In this document: positions 1 to 11,589 of the stretch, piece by piece
How positions within the stretch are numbered: position 1 is the stretch's first letter
How the letters are laid out: each line of letters opens with the position of its first letter
DNA from: Chiloscyllium plagiosum
Taxonomy: Eukaryota
Assembly: GCF_004010195.1 (NCBI RefSeq)
Contig: NC_057717.1
Span: 104,598,937 to 104,662,936, forward strand
Direction: 5' to 3'
Length of the DNA stretch: 64,000 bases
Program-made: the position numbers and the translations under genes
Notes under the pieces: generated by a model
Told to the model about the DNA's origin: nothing
The model's database searches: none
What the model saw: only the letters and a program-made list of their open reading frames with translations

Positions 1-330
1 TTATAGAGGTTTACAAAATTATGAGAGGCATGGATAGGATAAATAGACAAAGTCTTTTCCCTGGGGTCGGGGAGTCTAGAACTAGAGGGCATAGGCTTAG
101 GGTGAGAGGAGAAAGATATAAAAGTGACCTAAGGGGCAACTTTTACACGCAGAGGGTGGTATGTGTATGGAATGAGCTGCCAGAGGATGGGTATATGAAT
201 AGGAAGGGTTTGGAGGGATATGGGCTGGGTGCTGGCAGGTGGGACTAGATTGGGTTGGGATATCTGGTCGGCATGGACAGGTTGGACCAAAGGGTCTGTT
301 TCCATGCTGTACATCTCTATGACTCTATAA
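1..330 (+). mobile_element. CR1/HER1-type LINE 3' end fragment
   Basis: Encodes IEVYKIMRGMDRINRQSLFPG...RTRGHRLRVRG...FYTQRVV.VWNELP (CR1 ORF2 C-terminus) and has the shared 3' tail gggtctgtttccatgctgtacatctctatgactcta. Confidence 0.9.
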
Positions 331-503
331 GTCCCACTAGCTCTTGAGGTGTGTAACAACATCTTTGAAGAGGTTGATTAGGAAAAATAGGTAAAAATAT
401 CAGGTTCACCAACTCCCTTTTGGGAAGGAAGTCTGCCGTTTTTACCCAACCTGACCTAAACGTGACTCCAGACCTCAAACAGCAATGTGGCTGATTTTTA
501 ACT

Positions 504-713
504 ATGGAGAAAATGAGGACTGCAGATGCTGGAGATCAGAGTTAAGAGTGCAGCTCTGGAAAAGCACAGCAGGTCCGGCAGCATCCGAGGAGCAGGAGAT
601 GTTTGGGCATATGCCCTTCATCAGGAATCAGATTCCTGATGAAGGGCTTATGCCCGAAACATCGATTCTCCTGCTCCTCGGATGCTGCCTTTCCCAGCAC
701 CACACTCACAACT
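504..713. mobile_element. Penelope-like-element-derived fold-back insertion with hammerhead ribozyme motifs
   Basis: Inverted arms centred on 630 (ggaatc-a-gattcc). Plus-strand core CTGATGA-A-GGGC-TTAT-GCCC-GAAA-CATC at 636-663. TSD CTGATTTTTAACT at 491-503 and 714-726. Inserted in an older SINE (~365-815). Confidence 0.85.
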
Positions 714-1999
714 CTGATTTTTAACTGTCCTCTATAGTGGCCGTTCAATTCAAGGCCAATTAGGGATGTGCAACAAATACTGACCTTTGCCAGTGATGCC
801 CACATCTCATGAAATAAGAGGTTTTGATCACCGTTGTAGTTCGATAGGTTTTTGATAACACTGCTGTGAAAAGTATTGGCTGATTTCCTACATAAATACA
901 AATCATTATCTTTATCTCGAATCTCCTTTGTGTTAAATGGAATTTGGGAATTTTTACTGAATTCCACAATACCGTCTATTTGTAAATAGCAGAATGATTT
1001 AAGATAAACTGCCTTTTTATTACTTAGTCTGGAGAAGTTTTCCAAAACTTCACTCTCCTGTTGTTCTATCCACTTCTCCATGAAGACTGTGAAAGATTAG
1101 GTTTTATTCTGGAAATATGATGTAATTTATTTGAAATATAAACTGGAAAATAGAATTTTGGAATACTCTGTTGTAGAGAAGAAAACAATTTTGTTTTACA
1201 GCTCAGTAATAATGGAAAGGGTGTGGTGTTCTCTCACTGATTAGAGAAGAGCATGGAAATCTTAGAAGGAGCTGGCTCCTGGTGCCTTTAGCTTGAAAAA
1301 AGAAGGAATTGGCTTTTGGATGGGTTATGAGTGGCAAGTATTGTCCCAAAACTGAGAGTAAAAGGCATTAGACACCCAGACCTCCCCAATCCTGGAAACC
1401 ATGCCAGATCTCCCTCTCTTTTCCTTCATGAGGGGAGGAAACGCTGTCCCAAAAAGGAAAAAACCTTGTAACTCTCAAGACCTAGGTCCAAATGACCATC
1501 CACCAAACTGAGGATTCTTGGGGGTTAACAACAACAACACAACAACCTTGCCAAAAACCAAAAATAAACCAAAAATCTCTCTTCATTTTACTCTTGCCAT
1601 TTGGAGTCTTCATCCACATTTTTTGTTCCTTTTGTCTATATTTTCCAGCCACAAAATTTCTGCCAAACTTCTTTCCTTATTTGTCTTGCCTGTCCTCTTT
1701 GTAAGAATGTGTGTATGTGCGCTTGGATTTAAAGGGGATATTGTTCATGTGCACGTTAGTCCTTAATAACCTACTTGCTTCCTGCTGAAGGATGTTTGTT
1801 TTTAATAAATAATTTGTTGTTTTCTTGTTTATCGATGAAATCTGGTGAGAGTGGTCACAGTCGGACATTAATCATCCTAGTGATTAACTTGGTCATTTTC
1901 ACATTTGTGACAACCAGTGAAATAGTGAGGCCTGATTTCTGTCTCAGCCTCCTCATCAGGGCTATGTCAGTACAGTTGTCTGATTCAGGGAGGTGATGC

Positions 2000-2345
2000 C
2001 CTAGTCATACTGTCAATCGACTATTAGTTCAGTGAGCCATGTAATGTTCTGGGTTTATATGTACTCATGTTTGAATTCTGCCATGATAGATGCTGGAATT
2101 TGAATTCATTAAAAACGTGGATTTACGAGTCTAATGATGATCATGAATTCAATGTCAATTGTTGGAAAAACCCATCTGGTTCACTAATGTCCTTTAGGAA
2201 GGAAACTGCTGTCCTTACCTGAACTACATGTGACTCCAGACCCACAGCAATGTAGTTGACTCTTAACTGCCCTCTGGGCCATTAGGGATGGGCAACAGAT
2301 ACTGGCTCATCCAGTGTCTCCCTTATCCCATGAATCATTTAAAAA
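2000..2345 (+). mobile_element. SINE with a LINE-derived tail (same family as ~400-815 and ~24900-25040/25620-25835)
   Basis: Shares the blocks ctggttcactaatgtcctttagg-aaggaaactgc...tgactccagacccacagcaatg...ttagggatgggcaac with the other copies. Confidence 0.65.
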
Positions 2346-3473
2346 AATGAGCACAGGCACCAGTTGCTTTATTATGATTACTGGAACAATGAGATGTTCA
2401 ATACCAATATTATGCGTCATCTTTTAGTTTCATTGATGTATTACTAATCATGTTTGAGATGTTAAGAGTTACAGGCAGGTACTGGTTGGAGTGATTCTTT
2501 TTTAAAAAATCTCTGGATATAATTCAAATTTTCAATGGAATTTTCAGCAACCTTTGTCTGACATTAGTATTTTCCCAACGATAACTGATCTCCTGTGCTG
2601 TTAGTTGTTTAAACTCTGGGAGGTTTTAGTTGTCAATCAGCCTTACCTGTCCACCTGTGGGCACAGTTCCAGGTCTCTTCATGGTCAGACAATCCAAACA
2701 ATCTGATCCTGAGGTAAACTATAGCAGTGGCCAATGGGGAAGAGTATGTGACACCCCCCTTACATTTTAAGACCAGGTAACAGTTTGGAAGGACTTCCAT
2801 TTCACTGCCAGATTCCCCACCCCCACCTTTCTGATTGTCAAATCTGAATCGTCCCAGATAAGTGGTTAATAGGGGTCACATTTTTTAATCCTGTTCCTGG
2901 CAAATTAGCCAAGTGTCGTGTTTGACTCATGCCTGGTCCTTAAACCTTGCTTTGCCAGAGTTACAAAAGCTTCTATAGATTGGTGGATGCTTATAAATTC
3001 TGGTTTCTGTTTGTTGGTCAACACATGGGCACTGTTTGACTGGCAGGAGTCAGCAAATACCAGTGAACGCCCCATGATTCAAATGACAATGTTTAAAAAC
3101 TGAAGCCATTCAAAGTAGCTGAACAACGAGCTAATTCTATCTAGAAAATACTGTACCCTAGATTGGTTCGAGAATAAATCGGGTATTCAAGTCCAGGGGA
3201 AAAGCAAGAAATGACATTCCCCATAATCCTGTTCCTGGTAAATTAGCCAAGTGTCTTGTTTGACTGGTTATTAAACTGACCACTAAAGAAAAGATGTTTT
3301 AAACCCTTTTCTGAAGTGGTAGATTAAAAAAAAATTACGGGAGGGGTTCGTAGTTGATTTTCGAGGCGATTGTACCTGTATTTGTTTTAACACCTCTCTC
3401 TCTCTCTCTCTCTCTCTCCTTCCCTCCTTCCGTTGGTGGGAATCATCTCGGTGCTGAGTGTGATAGTTGGCCC

Positions 3474-3872
3474 GGGATTCCCCTTTTAAATCCCGACATC
3501 CTGATAATGCGGAAGACTTTGTGTCAGTTTAGTTCGCTGGGCGTGACTGTCTCTCACGATCACGATCACGATGGCGGGGCGGGGCGGGGCGGGGGGAAGA
3601 GGCCCGGGAGTTTCCAACAAGTTGCCAAATATGGACCCGGAAACTGACAGCTGCCGGTTGCCCACCCCCTGAAAGTGACGGGGCGCCATCCGGCCGGACC
3701 ATATATGGACAGAGAGCGGATTAGAAACAGGAACCAGGCGTGTGGGTGGGGGCCAAAGCGGGGGGGGGGGGGGGGAGGTGTAGAGTGGGCAGGAGTCTGC
3801 CCAGGGAGGGGGGAAGCTGATGTTGGAGAGAGGGCTGGGCGGAGCGCTGGGGCTGAGTCACTCTTTATAAAA
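3474..3872 (+). promoter_or_regulatory. IER2 immediate-early promoter with two serum response elements
   Basis: NF-kB-like GGGATTCCCC 3474-3483 and GGGAGTTTCC 3606-3615; GC boxes ~3573-3594; CArG CCAAATATGG 3625-3634 with ETS CCGGAAAC 3637-3644; half-CRE TGACG 3676-3680; ETS CATCCGG 3687-3693 with CArG CCATATATGG 3699-3708; AP-1 TGAGTCA 3854-3860; TATAAAA 3866-3872. The context is CpG-rich. Confidence 0.85.
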
Positions 3873-4048
3873 GTCTCCAGGAGCAGAGAGCGCGGACTTC
3901 TGCAGCTCCACTGCCCGGAGAGGGAGGCTCTGTGTTCGGATTGTTCTCAAATACCAACTCCTTCCACTGGAAGCATCTCTTCACCCCCCTCCCGACTGAA
4001 TACCACTCCACGACCCGTACACCCTTTACCTATTCCCCCCCCTACCCC

Positions 4049-5000
4049 ATGGATCTGAAGGTGGAAGCGCAGCGGGTGATGGCCGTCGCCCTGGGTAAGA
4101 TGTACAACTCCCGGCTCCAGAGGGGAGGTGTCCGGCTACACAAGAGCCTCTTACTGTCGCTGGTGCTGCGCAGCGCCCGGGACATTTACCTGAACGTCAG
4201 GGCCGAGCAACAGCAGCAGGAGGCTGGACACGCTCAGCAAACAGAGGCCGGGGCCATGGAGGTGGACGTCCGGTGTGAGGAGGGGCAGGGAGGAGCCCGG
4301 CTCGGAGGCAGTCCCCGAGGCGAGGAGTCCAATGTGGCGCCCCGGCAGGGGGAGTGTATCCAGTCCCGGCAGGGGGAGTGTATCCAGCCCCGGGAGTGTA
4401 TCCAGCCCCGGGAGGGAGGAATGTATCCAGCCCCGGGAGTGTATCCAGCCCCGGGAGTGTATCCAGCCCCGGGAGTGTATCCAGCCCCGGGAATGTATCC
4501 AGCCCCGGGAATGTATCCAGCCCCGGGAGGAGGAATGTATCCAGCCCCGGGAGTGTATCCAGCCCCGGGAGTGTATCCAGCCCCGGGAGGAGGAATGTAT
4601 CCAGCCCCGGGAATGTATCCACTGCGGCCGAGACAATGTATCGGATCCGGGACACAGTGGCTCCTCGGTTTGCCCGGCTTCATGCCCCAGCCAGCGGCGT
4701 CTGGGGACAGCAAGCAGCCCCGGGCCGGAGCCGGAGAGGAGCCGAAAGCGGAGGAAAGCCTGGGAACAGAGGGACTGCCCTGACTCCGGGTGCCTGCCCG
4801 TAAAGAGAGCCCGCCTGGAGGACGGGGAGTCCCGGAGGCCGGCGGAATCCACCTCCAGCCTGGTCTGTGCCCTCGGCTCCGGCTTCAGCGGTATCCTCGG
4901 CGATTCCCCCGGGGAGCAGCCGGTGTCCCCGGGTCATATCTGCCGGGACCGGGCGCTCAGTGAGCTGGGCAGCTGGCCCCGAGCCATCGTGGCGTATTGA
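4049..5000 (+). CDS. IER2: Immediate early response 2 (IER family), intronless. About 316 aa after removing one extra G at 4414-4416; as written the CDS is frameshifted.
   Basis: The N-terminus [47 protein letters not shown] (ORF 3932..4783 frame, ATG 4049) is the conserved IER domain. The C-terminal IER motifs ([29 protein letters not shown]) lie in the +1 frame (ORF 4275..5000). IER2 rather than IER5/IER5L is supported by the SRE promoter and by adjacency to the CACNA1A 3' end, as in human. Confidence 0.88.
4341..4621 (+). repeat. Coding minisatellite inside IER2: 14 units of 18/24 bp encoding (E)CIQPR
   Basis: TGTATCCA recurs 14 times (4355 to 4614) with spacings 24,18,25,18,18,18,18,18,24,18,18,24,18. 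Confidence 0.95.
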
Positions 5001-5392
5001 AGCCGGAAGAGAGGGTGAGGACTGCGGAGAGTGAGCGGGGAGGAACACCCCACATCCAGGAGCACGCCTTGGAAACGGGCGGAGAAATCGCCTCTGGATC
5101 CGGCATTGAGAGAGTGTTTTCCGGCTCAGAGAGAGCGGAGCCTGGGCCAAAGCTAATCCGAGAGACAGAGGGAGGGATCCTCTCAGACTGTTGTTTCCTG
5201 AACCTTGGAGCCAAGTTCCAGGCAGTGACGAGGCGGTTTCCATCATTGTTACACAACAGGATCGCAAGTTTCCTGCTTCGATCTATAGACTTGAACTGAA
5301 GCCATCGGGTCAGTAACTGAGCCCATTTCCCCCGGCGGGTGTTATTCAAACCGGGACACCACCAAACACTATATGGATCAACGCTGCTGTCA

Positions 5393-5457
5393 AATAAACT
5401 TTATATGGAAGTTAATGTATTTCTAAATGTTAGAACTTTTTAAAATGAGACAATAAA
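5393..5457 (+). terminator. Candidate IER2 polyadenylation signals
   Basis: AATAAA at 5393-5398 and 5452-5457, in an AT-rich stretch 400-450 nt after the stop, followed by T-rich sequence. Confidence 0.6.
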
Positions 5458-6271
5458 GACCAACTGCATTTATAATTGGTTCTCTTGATGGGACTGAGTA
5501 AAGTTTATAAATTAATGTATATTTACAATCTTTTTATTTCATCTCTTTCTCTGCTAACCCACTTTCTACCCCCCCCCCCCCCCCCCCCCCGCGAGTGATG
5601 TATTGCACCTTTTGTTTTTGAATGGGTTGGAGATCGGGAAAGGCTTAATTTAATCCACTCTGTGATGAAGTTTCTATCCACCTTGGTGGTGGTGGTGTTA
5701 TAGTTTACCGAGTTGCTGTGTTAAGGTTAAGGCACGCTTGAAATCTGTGATAGTCCGCTTTGTTACCGAAATGTGGCTTGGGCAAGAATCTCTCCCACTT
5801 TGGCCAGCGGATTCTCAACAGATTACATGAAATGACAATCCTGCAATTTGACCTGTCTGACTTCACCGGCAATATCCCTCCCTTGGTCATCGAGACCTGA
5901 ATGGGACTCGAATCCGGAACTTGCTGCTCAGGGGCAGGGACCCGCCCACTGCGCCACGTGACCTCATCCGTAGTACCTTCAGACCTCTGAAAGGTTTTTG
6001 AAGTGGGGTGTTTTAGAATGTGGCACTCCTACAGTAATCTTCCACCGTCAGCAATAACCAGATAATCTGTGTTTAATAATTTGGGGATAACTATTGGTCA
6101 GGATGCTGCCCTTCAAATAATGTTCAGAGATTTGTGCAGGAGGGGATTAGCCCCTGCATGTCATCAGAAAGGTTGTACCTCTGACAGTTCAGCACTCCCT
6201 CAGTATTGCTTTTGTATAACGTCGCTTCCTTCCAGTGTTCAAGAGGGCAGAACACTGGACTCTGTATGAAA

Positions 6272-6592
6272 CGGGGTGGCTCAGTGGCTCACATTGCTGC
6301 CTCAGTGTCAGGGACCCGGGTTCAATTCCAGTCTTGGGTGACTGTGGAGATTTTCCCCTGTGTTTGTGTGGGTATCCTCCCACAGTCCAATAATAAAGTC
6401 ATAGAGATGTATAGCATGGAAACAGACCCTTCGGTCCAACCTGTCCATGCCGACCAGATATCCCAACCCAATCTAGTCCCACCTGCCAGCACCCGGCCCA
6501 TATCCCTCCAAACCCTTCCTATTCATATACCCATCCAGATGCCTCTTAAATGTTGCAATTGTACCAGCCTCCACCACATCCTCTGGCAGAAA
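6272..6592. mobile_element. Truncated HE1/V-SINE 5' part (+, 6272-6390) followed by a CR1 3' end (-, 6398-6592)
   Basis: SINE head ggtggctcagtgg...tgctgcctca...gggacccgggttcaattcca. 6398-6592 is the reverse complement of the CR1 tail seen at 170-330. Confidence 0.8.
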
Positions 6593-7089
6593 AAGTGACC
6601 ATGTGGCAAGCACTGTCACCTTCGATCCCAACCCCAACATTTCATCTCATGGTCCCAAGTGGATTCCCAACTCCCCCTCTTTTCCCTGTTCCTTGGTTTC
6701 CCCCCCCCCAAAAAAAAAACCCCCAGCACTTTGGAATCACCTGGCAGCGATAGGCTTCCCATTGGAATTGAAACTCTATCCACCTGCAGAAGCGGAGAAT
6801 ATGAAAGGACATCAGGGTATATTTTGCTAATGTGTGAATGGGAGAGGGACTGAATGTGACTCCCAAACCATTTGTAACTTTGTTCAATTGTTGGAGTTTC
6901 CAGGGTTTTGGAGTGCTCCAGCAGGTCTCAGTCTGACCGGTGTGGTGTGACAATAATTTGTACATGATTCCATCACTGCACAGGCCATTGGCCTAACAGG
7001 TCCTTGCTCATGTTTATGTTACAAATCAGCCTTTTCCTACCCATCTCCCACTCTAATCATGCATCCTGCCATTCCTCTTATTAATTCAT

Positions 7090-7365
7090 CTCAGGCGACT
7101 GTGTAGGTTGCACATTCTCCCCGAGTCTGCATGAGTTCCCACTTGCTGCTCTGGTTTCATTCCGCAGTCCAAAGATGCACAGGTGAAGTGGATTGGCCAT
7201 GGGAAATTGCCCAAAGTGTCTAGGGATGTACAGGTTAGGGTGGATGGCCACAGAAGTGCAGGGTTATGGGAATAGGGATAGGTTAGTCTGGTTGGAATGC
7301 TTTTCAGAGGGTTGATGCAGATTCAATGGGCCAAATGGCCTGCTTTCACACCATAGGGTTCTATG
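7090..7365 (+). mobile_element. HE1/V-SINE, 5'-truncated
   Basis: ttgcacattctcccc...cagtccaaagatg...ggattggccatgggaaattgccc...gggccaaatggcctg, as in the other copies. Confidence 0.75.
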
Positions 7366-7769
7366 TAATGGTGCTAGTTGGAGTGTAATGGTGAGGGTTG
7401 GAGCATAATTGTGAAAGTGGGTTACACTGTGGTGTTGATGGTTAGAATGGTTAATAGGTTAATGGTTGGCATGTAATATGTTACAATCCCAGCCAGGCTG
7501 CCAAATGCATATTAGGTTCTGGCTATGGGCAGTAACATTTATTTTCAAGGAGGTGAATGCAAAATCCTGGCAACTTACTGAGACAATAAAGATACAAGAA
7601 TCCACAGGTTTGAACAAACACCAATAAGCTTGACAGTGCTAGAACAATAATACAATCTACAAAACACAGATAGCTAATTTCTAACACCCCCAAATGAATG
7701 TGGTTCACACTGATTAAAATAGACTGTCACTGAACTGTCCACAGTCTACATCAAATTGGAAATGTAATC

Positions 7770-8185
7770 AGGGCAGAGCCCTCGACCCTCGATGTTGCAT
7801 TGACCTGTGGAACCAATCTGAAACCTATCTGTCCCACGCTATTCCATTTTTATCCATATGTTTATCTAGTGACCATTTAAATGCCGTTAAAGTTGGCGAG
7901 TCTATTACTGTTGCAGGCAGTGGGTTCCACACCCCCACGACTCTCAGAGTAAAGAAACTACCACTGACATCTATCACCCCTCAATTTAAAGCTATGTGCC
8001 CTTGTGCTAGCCATCACCATCCGAGGAAAAAAAGGCTCTCACTGTCCACCCTATCTAACCCTCTGATCATTTTATATGTCTCAATTAAGTCACCTCTCAA
8101 CCTCCTTCTCTCTAATAAAAACAGCCTCAGGTCCTTCAGCCTTTCCTCATAAGACTATCCCTCCACACCAGGCAACATCCTAAAA
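7770..8185 (-). mobile_element. CR1-type LINE 3' fragment
   Basis: The reverse complement matches the 3' part of the CR1 at ~48120-48550 (aggatgttgcctgg...aggttgagaggtgacttaattgagacatata). Confidence 0.8.
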
Positions 8186-9374
8186 TGGCAACACCATGGT
8201 AGCTCATTAAATCTTTTCAAACATCACAAAGTACATTGGGTCTTCACCTTTGTTGATGCAGCCTTGAAACTGCCTAATGAGAGTGACTTGGTACAAGCAC
8301 TGCCCGAACAGCTGCTGCTGTCCTGGTTGGTCAGCTTCCTTTCCTGTCCCTGAAACCAGTATTCATTCATCCACAGACATCCAACAGCTCGCTTCACCAA
8401 GTCAGGCAACTCACAACTGCCACTTTTTGTGGTTATTGTGAAATGGGTTCGTTACAAGGAGTTACACAGAGGAGGATGTCATGTTGTTTCCCTGTTGACT
8501 GTTGGAATTTCTGGTATTGCTCTAACAGATTTCACAAAGGTCTGTCCTTGGCTGGTGGACTCTCAGCAGATTGGTCTGGGCACTGTGCCAAACAATTCTC
8601 AAGGACAGTGTCATAATCAAGTCTGGCGTTTATTCCCACTCTGAAACCACTTGCACAGAACTTCTTGCAGTTGATTATCCACTTGCTAATCTTTCTATTG
8701 ACCTTTAAAATTCAGTGTCATTGTGCAGGGATGGAGCGTGTTTTGCAGTAAGACCAGTTCACGCGAATGCCTAGAGAAACAGTGGGGTTATCTAAGTGGA
8801 ATGGCTGAAGGCATTCGTTTTCCTGATGCTCACGTACACCACCTACTTATCAGAAGCTCCCCAGTTACTGTGAAAGCAGAACCAAAAAGTGGGTTTAACA
8901 GTGGGCAGGCGATAACGGGAACAATATTGGTGTCACATTGCTCAGTGAAGGAGGGGGATTGTTCTATAAAACAAGACATATTGTGTGTGATATGCTATAA
9001 TGTAATATTTTCGATGCACACTATGATTAATGCAGCCTTTGACTTTAAGGCCTCAGTTCCTGATAAATTGACATGTTGAAACTAGTTTGCAGCTAAATAC
9101 ATTTCTTTTCTAATCTTTGGGAATAGTTACTATAAACGGCATAAAATCAAGAAGAAGCATACATGTGTAATGTTACTAAAGTTTTATACTCCAATACTAG
9201 ACTCCCATTATATGCATGCAGCTATTTAATTAAAGATTTCTATTTATATAGCACCTCTCATGACCCAGGATGTAATGGAGTGTGTCATTGTCAGTTAACA
9301 TACTTCAGAAATGCAGTCACTGTTACAATGTAAGAAATCAACATGTTCGTCATGAAGCAGGATTTTTTTTTAAA

Positions 9375-9835
9375 GAAGTTCTTTTGTGAGATGTGGGTGT
9401 TGCTGATGAGGCAAACATTTATTCCCTATCCGTAGTTGTCTTTGAGATGATGGTGGTGAGCTATCGGTTCTGGGGGTGTAATTACATTGACAGTGACATT
9501 AGAGAGGGTTTTCCAGGATTCTGACCCAGTGACACTAAAGGAATGCTGACATATTGCCAAGTCAGGACAGCGAGTAGCTCAGAGGGTTTTGCATATAGGG
9601 TTTTCCATGTATCTGCTGCCTCTGTCCTTCGAGATGGAAGTGGTTGTGGGTTTTAAAGGTGTTGTGTGAGGATCTTGGTTGATTTTCTGCAGTGCATCTT
9701 GTAGATAGTACACACTGCTGCTACTGAGCGTCAGTGGTGGAGGGAGTGGATGCTTGTGGATGTGGTGCCAATCAAGTGGGCTGCTTTGTCGTTGGATGGT
9801 GTTGAGCTTTTTAAGTTTTGTTGGAGCTGTGAGGA
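9375..9835 (-). mobile_element. L2/CR1-clade LINE 3' fragment (family of 62845-64000)
   Basis: The reverse complement resembles 63600-64000 (caacaccatccaacgacaaagcagcccacttgattggcacc...cagcagtgtgtactatctaca). Confidence 0.75.
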
Positions 9836-9949
9836 GTAAGTGAGTATTCCATTACTCTCCAAACTTGTACCTGTTGATTATGTGGAGCCTGATGAAGACA
9901 GAAAGAGGCAGAGCGAAAGAGGAATAGGAGGAAGTCTGACTGCACCCAG

Positions 9950-10965
9950 TGAGTGTCTGAGCTTCATCACATGCCATGAGTTTAGCAACACCTCAGTCCT
10001 GCACAAAGTAGAGAAGACTGTCCACCAGCTTAACAACCAGGCTGCTGGAGCAGACAGTATCCTGCTGAGGTATTGAAGTGCAGAGGCACAGAACTCCCAG
10101 TGCAGCTAGACGCCCTTTTCTGCTTTATCTGGAAGGAGGAGAGCATCCTGGGAGAGCTCTGAGATGCCACAGTCCTGAGCATTTTCAAAAAAAGGGAACA
10201 AGTCCAACTGTGGTAACTACAGAGGAATCTCCCTTCTGTTGATCATTGGAAAATTCATCATCTGTCTCCTTCCTGTGGCTGAGAAACTCCTCCCGGAATC
10301 CCAGTGTGGCTTCCAACCTTGGAGGGACAGAACGGATATGATTGTCACCATGTGACAGCTGCAGGAGAAATGCAGAGGCAAGAACCTCCCCCCTCAGCCT
10401 TGCAAAGGCCTTTGGCACCATCAATCGGGAAGCATTATGAAATGTCCTTCTCTGCTTTGGCTACGCCATGAAATTTGTCCCCATCCTTCGCCTGCTCCAC
10501 GATGACATGGAAGTCATGGCAATGATAAATGGCTCCATCACCAACCCATTCCCTGTTCGGACCAGGGTCAAACACGACTGTGCCATTGCCCCAACACTGT
10601 TCCTGATCTACCTCACTGCAATGCTTCACGTCTCCCCACTGGAGTGGGGCTAACCTCCAGAACCAGCAGGAAATTATTCAATCCCCCACAGTCCCACCTT
10701 CAAACAAAAACCAAACTCACCCCAACCCAGTGTCATCGAGCAGCAGGACATGGATGGGGTTTGTGTGTGTGTGCAATCTCAAAGGACATATTCCCGCCCA
10801 GGGTCAGCACCTTTACAGGGTCATATGAGAGCACGGGTCACACCCTGAACACCCACAAGGTGAAGGCCCTCCACCAACTCTGCCCGGAATTATGGAGCAA
10901 ACCCCTGATCATCAAGGTCCACAGGGTGGCCTTAGAGAATGTGGACCACTTCCAATACCTTCTGC
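9950..10965 (+). mobile_element. Decayed RTE-clade LINE reverse transcriptase fragment
   Basis: Remnant motifs spread over shifted frames: NYRGISLL, LLPESQCGF, DMI...QLQEKC, ILRLLHDDM...PFPVRTRVKHDCAIAPTLFLIY, LENVDHFQYL. Confidence 0.75.
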
Positions 10966-11589
10966 CTCAAATGTACCAGAGCCTGTGGTAACCGCATCGG
11001 TCTGTACAGCCCCCTACAGACTCACCCAGAGAGTGGGAGAGAGTTATCCTCATCTGCTAGGGCCCGTCAATGATGATGATGTTGAGAGCTGGAACGTGGA
11101 TAAACAAGTTGTGACTTCATCCTGAAGCAGACAATGATTCAACTGAGAGCTTGGAGCACTACCCCTCCCCCCCACCCCCCCAGACACTGACACACACACA
11201 TACAGCCCACGCCCTCCCCACACACATACACAGCTCCCCCCCCACACACACACACAGACACACACTTGTCACTGTCTAAGCACTGAAGGCCAATCGCTAG
11301 GATGATGTGGAACTGCAGAGCCACAAACAGCACTCACAGTAAGGATTCGAAAATAGAAAGACAAACACAGAAGGGAGGTGAATCTCCCACTGAAACTGGG
11401 CCCCTGGGGCACCAGTCTCTTGTAGCATTACTTAACTCAAGCCGGATGGTGGTTAGGATGGTTCCCCTGGGCTATCCTGCATTGTCTCCCCACTGACCCC
11501 GTGGACAGCAGAGACACCAAAAACCAAAGACTGACATTTCAACAGGAACCTTTCACCCCCTCAGAGCAAGTCAATGAGATTTAAACCAA

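Noticed and set aside
542..1081. 179-aa minus-strand ORF
   Set aside because: Runs across a SINE and a Penelope fold-back, with no recognisable protein family.
1087..1911. Possible solo LTR (TGTGAAAG...TGTGACA, with AATAAA at ~1804)
   Set aside because: No TSD and no second copy in the window, so it cannot be supported without a repeat library.
3932..4048. N-terminal extension of IER2 from the ORF-track start at 3932
   Set aside because: Non-ATG start in the likely 5' UTR. Family homology begins at ATG 4049.
4405..4425. Programmed +1 ribosomal frameshift in IER2
   Set aside because: There is no recognised shift site, and sister repeat units show that a simple 1-nt G insertion explains it.
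4151..4852. Antisense and third-frame ORFs over IER2
   Set aside because: Explained by high GC and the stop-free 18-bp repeat. No independent homology was recognised.
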